64,000 bases of DNA from an uncultured bacterium (GTDB taxonomy: Bacteria; Chlamydiota; Chlamydiia; Chlamydiales; SM23-39), in assembly GCA_963716985.1 (NCBI GenBank), contig OY970323.1, positions 96,001 through 160,000 on the forward strand, written 5' to 3'. The translations under genes were made by a program, and so were the position numbers. Shown piece by piece: positions 29,468 through 38,623 of this stretch. Within the stretch, counting starts at the first letter, position 1; every line of letters begins with the position of its first letter. The notes under the pieces were generated by a model. The model saw only the letters and a list, made by a program, of their open reading frames with translations. It was not told the DNA's origin and did not search any database.

Positions 29468-32400
29468 GCCTGCACCGTGAAATCAATTTCGAAGACGAGA
29501 TCTGTGACTATCTCGCAGCCCACGGTTGGCTATATGCCGAAGGAGACGCAGCCCGATATGACCGCTCGCGCGCCCTCTTCTCTGAAGATGTGATTGCATG
29601 GATTCAGTCTACTCAGCCAAAGATATGGGAGGCGCTCAGCAAAAACCACGGCGTACAAGCCGCCGAGATTTTGCTCGGACGCTTGCGCCAGGAGTTGGAT
29701 ACGCGTGGTGCCCTTGATGTGTTGCGTCATGGCTTTGAAATGGTAGGCCTCCGGCAACCGATTCAGCTCGCGCAATTTAAACCTGCGCACACTTTGAATG
29801 CCGACATTTTGGCCAGATATGATGCCACCTATCTGCGCGTAGTACGCCAAGTGCGATATTCGCTGCACAACGAAAATTGCATTGACCTGGTGTTGTTCCT
29901 CAATGGAATTCCCACGGCAACGGTTGAACTTAAGACTGATTTTACGCAGGACATCGAAGATGCAGTCGATCAATATCGGTTCGATCGTTTGCCGAAACTC
30001 AAGGGACATGCTGCTGAGCCATTGCTCTCCTTTCCGAGCGGCGCACTTGTCCATTTTGCCGTAAGCAACAGCGAAGCGCGCATGACCACAAAACTCGAAG
30101 GTCCGGCTACGCGTTTTTTGCCATTCAATCAAGGCAGTCCCGATGGTGGGGCGGGAAATCCCCTGAATGATCGCGGTCACCGTACATCTTATCTTTGGGA
30201 ACGTATCTGGGAGCGAGATAGCTGGCTGGAAATTCTAGGCCGATATCTTGTGACGCGTAAGAATAGTAAAAAACAAATCGAAAACATCATCTTCCCTCGC
30301 TTTCACCAGTTGGATGCTACACGCAAGCTGGTTGCCGCCGTACTCCATGAGGGGCCTGGTGGAAAATACCTAATCCAGCACTCTGCCGGTTCGGGCAAGA
30401 CTAATTCGATTGCATGGTCAGCTCATCTCTTGGCAGATCTCCATGATACGAACAACAAAAAACTATTCGATTCAGTTCTGGTCGTGTCAGACCGAACGGT
30501 TATCGACGCTCAGCTGCAAGAAGCAATCTTTGAGTTTGAGCGCACATTAGGTGTTGTAGCCACCATCACAGGGGACAGCTCCAGTAAAAGCGACGAGCTG
30601 GCAAAGGCGCTGTCAGACAACAAAAAAATCATTACTTGTACAATTCAGACATTTCCCTATGCGCTCAAGACTGTGCAAAAGCTGGCCTTGACCCAAGGTA
30701 AACGATTCGCTGTAATCGCGGATGAGGCGCACTCCTCGCAAACAGGAGAAACTGCAACCAAGCTGAAGGCTGTGCTGTCAGCCGAAGAATTGCAGGAATT
30801 ACAGGACGGGGGAACGTATAGCATTGAGGACGTCCTGGCATCGCAGATGTCGGCGCGTGCGAAAAACACTGGCATCACCTTCGTTGCTTTTACTGCTACG
30901 CCCAAGGCGAAGACATTGGAGCTATTCGGTCGCCGACCCCATCTCGATCGCCCAGCGGGACCGGACAATCTCCCCGCACCGTTTCATGTCTATTCGATGC
31001 GCCAGGCCATTGAAGAACATTTTATCCTCGACGTGCTCAAAAACTATACTCCTTACAAACTTGCCTACAAACTGACGCATGACGGCATCGAATACGACGA
31101 ACATCAAGTTGAGCAGAGCGCTGCCAAGAAAAAGATTTTTCGCTGGGTCAAGCTACACCCGTACAACATCTCCCAAAAAGTACACATCGTGGTGGAACAC
31201 TTCCGCGAAAATGTGGCGCCCTTACTGAATGGCGAAGCCAAGGCCATGGTCGTTGTGGGCAGTCGCGCCGAAGCCGTGCGCTGGAAATTAGAGATGGATC
31301 GATACATTCAGGATCGATCTTACGCGATTGGCACCCTGGTCGCCTTTTCCGGGGAAATAGTCGATGCAGATCTCGGCCCCGTCTCAGAAACCAGCAAGGC
31401 ACTGAACCCAAATCTTCATGGCCGTGATATACGCGAGGCTTTTGGGACTGCTGAATATCAAATCTTGTTGGTTGCTAACAAATTCCAGACAGGATTCGAC
31501 CAAGACATGCTCTGCGGTATGTATGTAGACAAAAGGCTGGGGGGTGTTCAGGCGGTCCAAACTCTCTCCCGTCTCAATCGGGCCCGTGTCGGAAAAGATA
31601 CAACTTATGTGCTGGATTTCGTGAATGACGTGAGGCAAATTCTCGATGCTTTCAAAACCTATCATACGACAGCTGAACTCACTGACGTCACAGATCTGAA
31701 TCTTGTATTCAATCTACGCGCCAAGCTGGATAAGGCGGGGTACTATGACGATTCAGAGGTGAATCGCGTGGTCGCCACGGCAATGGATCCGCAAGCAAAG
31801 CAATCTGACCTTATGAAAACGTTGGAGCCCGTTGCCGAGCGTCTAGTGAAACGCTACAGAGATATTCAGAATAAATTTAAAGCAGCCAAAGAGGCGGGTC
31901 GTGATGGCATGGCTGAAGAAGCTCAAAACGAACTGGATGCCATCGTTCTCTTCAAAAGCGACATGGATTCGTTTCAGCACATGTATATTTTTCTTTCTCA
32001 AATGTTTGACTACGGTTCAACAGCGCTTGAAAAGCGGCATATCTTTTATAAGCATCTCCTACCACTGCTTGAGTTCGGACGTGAACGCGAAGGAGTGGAT
32101 CTCTCGAAGGTCGTGTTAACCCACCACAAATTGCAAGACGAAGGCAAGCTCAATTTACCGCTTGGAGAGGGGGAGCGGATAACTCTGGATCCTCTAACGG
32201 AATTGGGGTCGGGAGCCGTACACACCAAGGAAAAAGCGGCGCTCGCCGAAATCATTGAACAAGTAAACCAACTTTTCGACGGCAACCTGTCAGACGATGA
32301 CAAGCTGATCTATGTTAACCACGTGATCAAGGGAAAGCTTCTCGAGTCAGAAGTGCTGAAGGAACAAGCGATCAATAATACCAAGGAACAATTTGCAAGT

Positions 32401-32592
32401 TCCTCCGATCTCATCAAGGGGATCGAGGGCGCCATTATGGATGCTCTCGAAGTGCACTCGTCGATGAGCAAACAAGCACTAGCCTCGGAACGACTGCGTC
32501 AAGGCTTGAAGGACGTGCTGCTTGGTCCGGTGCAGCTCTATGAGGCCTTGCGGTCAAAAGCAACATCGGCTGCCAGGAGTCTGCATCCGTAA
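29464..32592 (+). CDS. hsdR: Type I RM restriction subunit
   Basis: IDLVLFLNGIP...ELK, HSAGSGKT, DEAH, FTATPK and QTLSRLNR motifs. Confidence 0.95.
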   Translation: MSLHREINFEDEICDYLAAHGWLYAEGDAARYDRSRALFSEDVIAWIQSTQPKIWEALSKNHGVQAAEILLGRLRQELDTRGALDVLRHGFEMVGLRQPIQLAQFKPAHTLNADILARYDATYLRVVRQVRYSLHNENCIDLVLFLNGIPTATVELKTDFTQDIEDAVDQYRFDRLPKLKGHAAEPLLSFPSGALVHFAVSNSEARMTTKLEGPATRFLPFNQGSPDGGAGNPLNDRGHRTSYLWERIWERDSWLEILGRYLVTRKNSKKQIENIIFPRFHQLDATRKLVAAVLHEGPGGKYLIQHSAGSGKTNSIAWSAHLLADLHDTNNKKLFDSVLVVSDRTVIDAQLQEAIFEFERTLGVVATITGDSSSKSDELAKALSDNKKIITCTIQTFPYALKTVQKLALTQGKRFAVIADEAHSSQTGETATKLKAVLSAEELQELQDGGTYSIEDVLASQMSARAKNTGITFVAFTATPKAKTLELFGRRPHLDRPAGPDNLPAPFHVYSMRQAIEEHFILDVLKNYTPYKLAYKLTHDGIEYDEHQVEQSAAKKKIFRWVKLHPYNISQKVHIVVEHFRENVAPLLNGEAKAMVVVGSRAEAVRWKLEMDRYIQDRSYAIGTLVAFSGEIVDADLGPVSETSKALNPNLHGRDIREAFGTAEYQILLVANKFQTGFDQDMLCGMYVDKRLGGVQAVQTLSRLNRARVGKDTTYVLDFVNDVRQILDAFKTYHTTAELTDVTDLNLVFNLRAKLDKAGYYDDSEVNRVVATAMDPQAKQSDLMKTLEPVAERLVKRYRDIQNKFKAAKEAGRDGMAEEAQNELDAIVLFKSDMDSFQHMYIFLSQMFDYGSTALEKRHIFYKHLLPLLEFGREREGVDLSKVVLTHHKLQDEGKLNLPLGEGERITLDPLTELGSGAVHTKEKAALAEIIEQVNQLFDGNLSDDDKLIYVNHVIKGKLLESEVLKEQAINNTKEQFASSSDLIKGIEGAIMDALEVHSSMSKQALASERLRQGLKDVLLGPVQLYEALRSKATSAARSLHP

Positions 32593-32602
32593 GATTACGT
32601 GA

Positions 32603-33253
32603 TCAGGAAAACATTCCTGCGATAATGGGTTGGAGCGTTTGCCATATCGAACGGAGAGAGGCGATCGCACTTACCGTTTCTTGCGCAGTTTGTAAGAGTG
32701 CTTTCGCAACCGACGGACGGCGCTTCTCTTTCGGCTGGCGCGCCTCATCTGCGATCGCGCTCATCAATTCCAGAATAGCCCCCTTCTGTACATCGGACGC
32801 TTCGGCCGATCTCAGTAGAGCCTCGGTAAAGCTCTTGAGGGATTCTTGAAAAGTTTGCATGGTGGGATCGGTTTTTAACACGGTGATAGAGGCATCGATA
32901 TTTTGCAGGGAACCGGTGATCGATCCTGTGCTGAGAACGCCTATGGCACTTTGGTCAATTTTTATGTTATTCAAGACGAAATCTCCTATGACAGAGGTTC
33001 GCTTGGGAGAGGCGGCTGCGTATCTTTCATAAAATCCTCGGGGCATTCCGGTGCTATCCTCCATATTGCTCAGTTCAAAATTTATGCCACGAATATTTTG
33101 TTCTTCCATTTTCCAAAGGCGCTCCTGGTATAAATCCCAACACTTCAAGCAGAGCGGATGCCTAATTTCTTTCCACGTTCCGAAGAGAAAAAAGGCGCCT
33201 CCACATTGTGAGCATTTCAGATTAGCCCAAGGCGGGTCTTCAGGTTTATTCAT
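32603..33253 (-). CDS. Hypothetical protein with N-terminal CxxC...CxxC and helical C-terminus
   Basis: CSQC...CLKC; start codon uncertain. Confidence 0.6.
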   Translation of the reverse strand: MNKPEDPPWANLKCSQCGGAFFLFGTWKEIRHPLCLKCWDLYQERLWKMEEQNIRGINFELSNMEDSTGMPRGFYERYAAASPKRTSVIGDFVLNNIKIDQSAIGVLSTGSITGSLQNIDASITVLKTDPTMQTFQESLKSFTEALLRSAEASDVQKGAILELMSAIADEARQPKEKRRPSVAKALLQTAQETVSAIASLRSIWQTLQPIIAGMFS

Positions 33254-33388
33254 GTGAGGTTCCGTGGAGAGTTTGATTGTGTAATATAAATCGAGTCGGC
33301 ATTCCATCCCATATGAAAACTTGGATCGATCGGCTTCGACGTGAGTCGCTGCGAGATTGGATTTCGAACGATGGGCCATTTGTGCGTT

Positions 33389-33410
33389 ACCTGCCACATA
33401 CCTGCCACAT
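33389..33410. repeat. ACCTGCCACAT x2 putative arm site of element A (right arm)
   Basis: Matches 19051-19070; ends 56 bp before the att repeat. Confidence 0.65.
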
Positions 33411-33472
33411 TTCAGATTTTTGTGGGTTGGTAGCTGACATCGATGTGATCATAACTCACTGATAAGAAAAAA

Positions 33473-33547
33473 TCTGGGTGAGAGGATTTGAACCTCCGAC
33501 CTCTTGCACCCCATGCAAGTGCGCTAGCCAAGCTGCGCTACACCCAG
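33473..33547 (-). tRNA. tRNA-Pro(GGG), CCA not encoded
   Basis: CTGGGTG/CACCCAG acceptor stem, anticodon arm CTTGC-ATGGGGT-GCAAG, GGTTCAAATCC T-arm. Confidence 0.97.
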
Positions 33548-33726
33548 ACAAAAAAAGAAGACTTATAGTAGAATGCAGATCCTCTTTCTGTCAAATTCTT
33601 TCGCTGAAGAAACCGGGGTCTAAAAGTTTCTTGGTGAATGGCAAGAGAAGATGGCGATCTTCTTTCCTCTTTTCTTTTTTTTTGATAATTTCGTTTTGGC
33701 TTTCTAAAAAAATTGAGGTGGGTGCG

Positions 33727-34419
33727 ATGGCTGAAGATGCGTTTTATATGGAAAAGGGGTGGAAAGAGGTTCTTCGGGAAGAGTTTGATCAACCTTATAT
33801 GAAGCAGCTACAGGCGTTTCTTGCCCGGGAGATTCAGGAGGGGCACACCATATATCCGCCCGGGCACCTGATCTTCAACGCTCTTTGCCAAACGCCTTTT
33901 GACGAGGTGAAAGTAGTTATTGTAGGCCAAGATCCCTATCATGGGGAAGGTCAGGCGCACGGTCTTTCTTTTAGCGTTCCTAAAGGGGTGACCCCTCCCC
34001 CCTCTCTACAAAATATTTTTAAAGAGATCGTAGAAGACGTAAAGATCTCGATGGCCCAACAGGGCAATCTTCTCTCTTGGGCAAAACAGGGTATTCTTTT
34101 GCTGAATGCAACGCTTACGGTCAGAAAGGCAGAGCCCAAATCCCATTATGGAAAGGGTTGGGAAATTTTTACCGACCATATCATAGAAAAACTTGTTTTG
34201 AAAAAGGACCCCATTGTTTTTTTACTTTGGGGAAAATCGGCTCAAGAAAAGTGCGAACGCGTTTTTCAAAGAAAAAATCATCCGCATCTTGTTTGCTCAG
34301 CAGCACATCCATCTTTTTATTCGGCGAGCGGATTTTTTGGATGTAAACATTTTTCTAAAACAAATGAATTTTTAAAAACTGTTGGAAAAAGTCCCATTAA
34401 TTGGCAAATTAATGAGTAG
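33727..34419 (+). CDS. ung: Uracil-DNA glycosylase
   Basis: GQDPYH, HGLSFS, LLLN and HPS motifs. Confidence 0.95.
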   Translation: MAEDAFYMEKGWKEVLREEFDQPYMKQLQAFLAREIQEGHTIYPPGHLIFNALCQTPFDEVKVVIVGQDPYHGEGQAHGLSFSVPKGVTPPPSLQNIFKEIVEDVKISMAQQGNLLSWAKQGILLLNATLTVRKAEPKSHYGKGWEIFTDHIIEKLVLKKDPIVFLLWGKSAQEKCERVFQRKNHPHLVCSAAHPSFYSASGFFGCKHFSKTNEFLKTVGKSPINWQINE

Positions 34420-34456
34420 AGAGTAATATAGTTTTTTTCCCCAGGCGGAGGTTTTA

Positions 34457-35683
34457 GTGGAGATTGTCAGAAAAAGAAGGGTGACTCTTTTCTCCATTTT
34501 TTTCACTTTTTTTGTAGATAATTTGGGATGGGCGATTATCTTTCCGATTTTCGCGCCCTTTTTCCTTGGCTCAAATAGCCAAATTTTCTCTTCCGAGTGG
34601 ACCATCGCCGGACGAACGACGCTTTTGGGCGTCTTTTTAGCTATCTATCCCCTCGCGCAATTTTTCGGATCGCCGATATTAGGAGAAATGGCCGATGTTT
34701 CAGGAAGGAAAAAAGCCTTTCTTTTTTCTCTGGTCTTAACGCTGATCGGATATGTGATAGGAGCGATTGCTCTTTCAAAAGGGAATTTGATCCTTCTCTT
34801 CTTTTCACGCCTTTGCTGCGGTTTTTTTTCCGGAAACCTTTCCATCTGTTTGGCAGCCCTTTCTGATTTGAGCACGAATGAAAAGATGAAGGAAAAATAT
34901 TTTGGCTATCTTTCGGCGGTTGTGGGATTTTCCTTCATCGCGGGTGCTTTTTTAGGAGGAAAACTTTCCGATGCTACGCTGAGTTCAACCTTTAATTTCT
35001 CCTTTCCCCTATGGGTGGCGGCAGGACTTAGTTTTTTGAATCTTCTCATTTTAAGTTTTGGTTTTTCAGAAACTCTTTTTGTTCCCAAACACATCAAGTT
35101 TGATTTTCTTGAGGGCGTGCATAACATCCAGGAAGCGCTGAAGACTCCAAAATTGAAGGTTTTTTATCTGATCTATTTTCTCTTTCTTTTTGCATGGAAC
35201 ATGCTCTTTCAGTTTACCCCAGTGCGCATGGTGAGCCTCTTTCATTTCTCTTCTTCCAATATCGGAAACGTCTCGGCATTCATGGGAGCCTGCTGGGTCT
35301 TGGGCGCTAGCTTGGGCAATAAATTAGCTCTGAAAAGATTTTCTTCTTTAAAAGTTCTCGAAATCGTTCTCATCTCTTTTACGACCTTCTGCCTGATCCT
35401 CTCTTTCCAAAAACAGCTGATCAGCGTCATTGCGATCGTGGGTGTATGCATTATCATCACGGGAATCGGCTGGCCTTCCTGTGCGACGGTGATTTCCAAT
35501 CTAGCTCCGAAAGGGATTCAGGGGAAAATTTTAGGAATGAGCCAATCGATGCAATCTCTTGCCATGGCGATGGCTCCTTTGCTCGGAGGCATCGGAGATA
35601 AGTTTTTTGTTCGCGCTCCTTTTCTCTTAGCGGCTTTTGCTAGTTTTATTGCATCACTCTTTTATTTTCGCATTAAGCTCTAA
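34457..35683 (+). CDS. MFS transporter (TetA-like)
   Basis: About 12 hydrophobic segments; GEMADVSGRK motif A. Confidence 0.88.
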   Translation: MEIVRKRRVTLFSIFFTFFVDNLGWAIIFPIFAPFFLGSNSQIFSSEWTIAGRTTLLGVFLAIYPLAQFFGSPILGEMADVSGRKKAFLFSLVLTLIGYVIGAIALSKGNLILLFFSRLCCGFFSGNLSICLAALSDLSTNEKMKEKYFGYLSAVVGFSFIAGAFLGGKLSDATLSSTFNFSFPLWVAAGLSFLNLLILSFGFSETLFVPKHIKFDFLEGVHNIQEALKTPKLKVFYLIYFLFLFAWNMLFQFTPVRMVSLFHFSSSNIGNVSAFMGACWVLGASLGNKLALKRFSSLKVLEIVLISFTTFCLILSFQKQLISVIAIVGVCIIITGIGWPSCATVISNLAPKGIQGKILGMSQSMQSLAMAMAPLLGGIGDKFFVRAPFLLAAFASFIASLFYFRIKL

Positions 35684-35768
35684 TGTTGCAGAAGATTACG
35701 TAATGTTTTTTAAAACGAAGAGTCCTCTATGAAAAATCCTTTTTTTCCACTGTCATGCTTAGATCCAA

Positions 35769-36038
35769 CTAAACCTTTAAATTTTTAAAGAAACACCAAT
35801 AATAGAAAATTGGCAGATGAAAAAAATCAACAACGGCAACTGTCGCCAAAATGATAACACCTACCCCTTTTGCAAGGGCAAAATATTCAAAAAAAGCGGC
35901 GATCAAAAGAAGAACCACATTCGCAACTGCCAAGGTCTTCCAAACTGAGGAAGCCTCAGCCTTGACCTCTTTAAACTCTTTAAAAAAATAATACAAGTTT
36001 ACTCCCGGAATAAGGGGAAGAATTTTGTCTTTGATCAT
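35769..36038 (-). CDS. Small hypothetical membrane protein
   Basis: Two hydrophobic segments. Confidence 0.5.
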   Translation of the reverse strand: MIKDKILPLIPGVNLYYFFKEFKEVKAEASSVWKTLAVANVVLLLIAAFFEYFALAKGVGVIILATVAVVDFFHLPIFYYWCFFKNLKV

Positions 36039-36344
36039 TTTTGTTTTTCCTGGCTACAAATCCAACTAACCGTAATTGTGGCAAGGCAAAGAAACTCTAC
36101 TATATGAAATAGGGCTTTCTTGCGTGCTCATTTTGACCTTCGGATTAAAAATTCACAAGAAACACCTTGTGACAGAAAGTGATTATTTTCAAGATTTCTT
36201 GTTATCTACCTGCACGAGCAATGTTGAAAAGAATAAACTTCGACCTGCCTCAAAAAAAGAAAGTTTTTGGGATTAATCGCTGGTGTTGCAGAAAATTTTT
36301 TGAATAGTTAATGTGGAAGTTTCATTGATCATGAAAGGTTTTGC

Positions 36345-36566
36345 ATGTCTTTTTCCTCTGATGAAGGCCACAAATCTTTAAGTGAAATTCTTGACGAGCA
36401 TCTTTTGCAGAACCCTCCTTCTTCGCATACGGAAGCTCTTTTGTCGGAAGAGGTCAGCGGTAAAATGAACGACGCCTCTCTTTCGTTTGATTCGCTGATG
36501 AAGATGCAGAAAAGGCTGACGGAGGTCTATCACGATTTGATGAGTAAAAAGGTGCGTCCGAAATAA
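36345..36566 (+). CDS. Hypothetical protein (C-terminus FliE-like)
   Basis: AAAGG RBS; ASLSFDSLMKMQKRLTEVYHDLM. Confidence 0.5.
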   Translation: MSFSSDEGHKSLSEILDEHLLQNPPSSHTEALLSEEVSGKMNDASLSFDSLMKMQKRLTEVYHDLMSKKVRPK

Positions 36567-36709
36567 TCAACTGGCAGTCTTCAAAAAACGTTTATTACGA
36601 AATGTTCAAAACGAATTTTCTCAATAAAAACTAACATGTATAGACAATCTTTTCAGGTGCAAAGAAACGCTCTGTTTTTCTATACTAATTAAGTCGCCGG
36701 GAGAGAATT

Positions 36710-37066
36710 TTGTTCGAAAAGAATTTTTGCCAAGAGCTTTTTTTATCTTTAAATCAGAAGGGAAGTTTTCGTCTTTCTTCTCAGGGATTTTTGATCCGCC
36801 TCGAGAAAAATTTCTCCGATGGGTGTCTCACCCTTTCGACCCTTTTGTTTCAAAAGGATTTTTTGCCCCCATCCATTCAAAATTTAGCTGAAGGGACGCA
36901 GAAAAAAGAGAGTCTGTCCCCCTATTTGACCATCGACGAAAAAGGGATGGAAATTTTTTTAATTCAAAAAGTTCCTTTGTTTTTGCCAAGGCAGCTCGAA
37001 TGCCTCGTGCCCAAATTTCTTTTTTTCGCCAAAAGATGGTTCTCGCTTATTCAGGAGCTTTCTTAA
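36710..37066 (+). CDS. Hypothetical protein
   Basis: 118-aa ORF, TTG start after GGGAGAG. Confidence 0.5.
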   Translation: MFEKNFCQELFLSLNQKGSFRLSSQGFLIRLEKNFSDGCLTLSTLLFQKDFLPPSIQNLAEGTQKKESLSPYLTIDEKGMEIFLIQKVPLFLPRQLECLVPKFLFFAKRWFSLIQELS

Positions 37067-37073
37067 AACCTTC

Positions 37074-37823
37074 TTATTCTTTTGACAAAAGAACAGAGAG
37101 CTGTTTCAAAAGGGTTTTAATCTCTTTTGCTTCGTGTTCTTTGGGATGAAAGAGCGGATGGGAGAAGAGGTCGATCAGCCGCTTCAGAGAGATGGCTGCT
37201 TGCCCTGCAATGTTCGGCAGCCTCTTGTCATCTTTATCAAGAGGAAAGGCTTTTCGAATAAGGGTTAAAAGCTCCTGCTTGGTTTGTCCCTCCTGATAAT
37301 TTTTAACGATCTCCTCTTTTTGCGTCGCAGCACCCGATCGGCTTGCTAGGGTGTAGATGGCCTGCCTTGGCATTTGGTCGATGACGGGCTGTAGTTTTTC
37401 AGGCATGGAGGTGTAGAATTCATAGTATTGAAGAAAGTTGTAGGGCGTCTGTCTGTTGCCATAAGTAGCAAGCAGCCAGGCGGTGAAAGCGCCCTCTTTG
37501 TAATTTTTTAAAATATCTTGCGCCCTCTTAATTCTCTCTCCATGAAGCATGACGGCTTGATTGGTGATGGCCTTTACTTCGGAGGTAATTGCCGATAGTG
37601 ACTGAAAGTCTTGCTCTGTGCCTTCGTATTCTTCCTTTTTGAACTGCTGCAAAAGCTCTTGCAGAGAATTCTTTTCTCTTTGGTTCAAAGCGCTTACGCG
37701 AAAAATTCCCGAAAAACTGGATAGATTTCCCTCTGTCGCGCGCGCTCCCAGAGAGGCCATCTTGTCCTTTGGTGCTTCTTTTTGATGCAACCTGAGATTT
37801 AAAAGAGCCTGAAATTTTCCCAT
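37074..37823 (-). CDS. pGP6-D/CT583-family protein
   Basis: HGERIKRAQDILKNYKEGAFTAWLLATYGNRQTPYNFLQYYE and MPRQAIYTLASR. Confidence 0.88.
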   Translation of the reverse strand: MGKFQALLNLRLHQKEAPKDKMASLGARATEGNLSSFSGIFRVSALNQREKNSLQELLQQFKKEEYEGTEQDFQSLSAITSEVKAITNQAVMLHGERIKRAQDILKNYKEGAFTAWLLATYGNRQTPYNFLQYYEFYTSMPEKLQPVIDQMPRQAIYTLASRSGAATQKEEIVKNYQEGQTKQELLTLIRKAFPLDKDDKRLPNIAGQAAISLKRLIDLFSHPLFHPKEHEAKEIKTLLKQLSVLLSKE

Positions 37824-37853
37824 GGATTTTCCTCCCCTAGAGGTAAAGCGGCT

Positions 37854-38606
37854 TTACAGTCTATTGATCATTTCTTTTGTTAGCAATTGATAATCGTCCG
37901 CGGCCCGGCTGGCGGGAGAAGTGTCGAAGATCGGCTTTCCGTAAATAGTCGCTTCGGAGACAGCGATGTCTCTTCGAATTTTTGATTCTAAGAGTTTGCC
38001 GGGAAATGTCTCCTCAACAACCTTTTGAAATTCCCGATTATTTTTGCCGCGGGGATTCCAGAAAGACAAAGAGACTCCTAATACTTTCAAAGAGTGGCGC
38101 TCGGACATATTGTTTAAAAAAAGAGAAAGCCTTTGCAGGCCCTTCACGCTATAAAATTCGGGCGTGGCGCAGATGAGTGCATAGTGCGACGCAATGAGTG
38201 CGGACTCGGTGAGCCAGCAAAGAGAGGGAGGGGTGTCGATCAAAATAAAGTCATAATCGAGGGGGGAGAGGATTCTTTTTAAACGCTCGTGCGAATAACG
38301 GTCGGCAGCCAAAGGCCCGGTCACTTCAATTCTTTCTAGCCAGGTATCGGCAGGGATCAAGTCCATTCCCTTTTGGCAGGTAGAAACGATCACTTGTTCG
38401 ATTGTCTGGTTTCCCTGAAGAGGGGCGGCTAAGCTTTCCTGTTCATCGGGATTCAATCCGAGGCCGGCGGTAAGATTTGCCTGAGCGTCGAAATCGACCA
38501 GCAGCACGCGTTTTTTATGAAAACGATTGAGCGCGGCGCCTACATGCAGGGTCGTTGACGTCTTTGCTGTCCCCCCCTTGAAACTGCTCACTGTAATAAT
38601 AGTCAT
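37854..38606 (-). CDS. ParA/MinD-family ATPase (pGP5/CT582-like)
   Basis: FKGGTAKTS, DFDAQANLT and IDTPPS motifs. Confidence 0.9.
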   Translation of the reverse strand: MTIITVSSFKGGTAKTSTTLHVGAALNRFHKKRVLLVDFDAQANLTAGLGLNPDEQESLAAPLQGNQTIEQVIVSTCQKGMDLIPADTWLERIEVTGPLAADRYSHERLKRILSPLDYDFILIDTPPSLCWLTESALIASHYALICATPEFYSVKGLQRLSLFLNNMSERHSLKVLGVSLSFWNPRGKNNREFQKVVEETFPGKLLESKIRRDIAVSEATIYGKPIFDTSPASRAADDYQLLTKEMINRL

Positions 38607-38623
38607 CGCGCTCCTCAGCAACT

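Larger units (their letters stand above)
18868..33519. mobile_element. Element A: apparently intact 14.6-kb integrative, phage-satellite-like element in tRNA-Pro(GGG)
   Basis: Flanked by 53-bp direct repeats; int-orf-alpA-rep-DUF5681 core plus cargo. Confidence 0.9.

Noticed and set aside
33478..33726. N-terminal extension of Ung in the ORF track
   Set aside because: It runs antisense through tRNA-Pro; the ATG at 33727 gives a normal-length Ung.
37074..38606. pGP5/pGP6-like genes as an integrated plasmid
   Set aside because: thrS-parA-pGP6-D is the normal chromosomal arrangement in chlamydiae.
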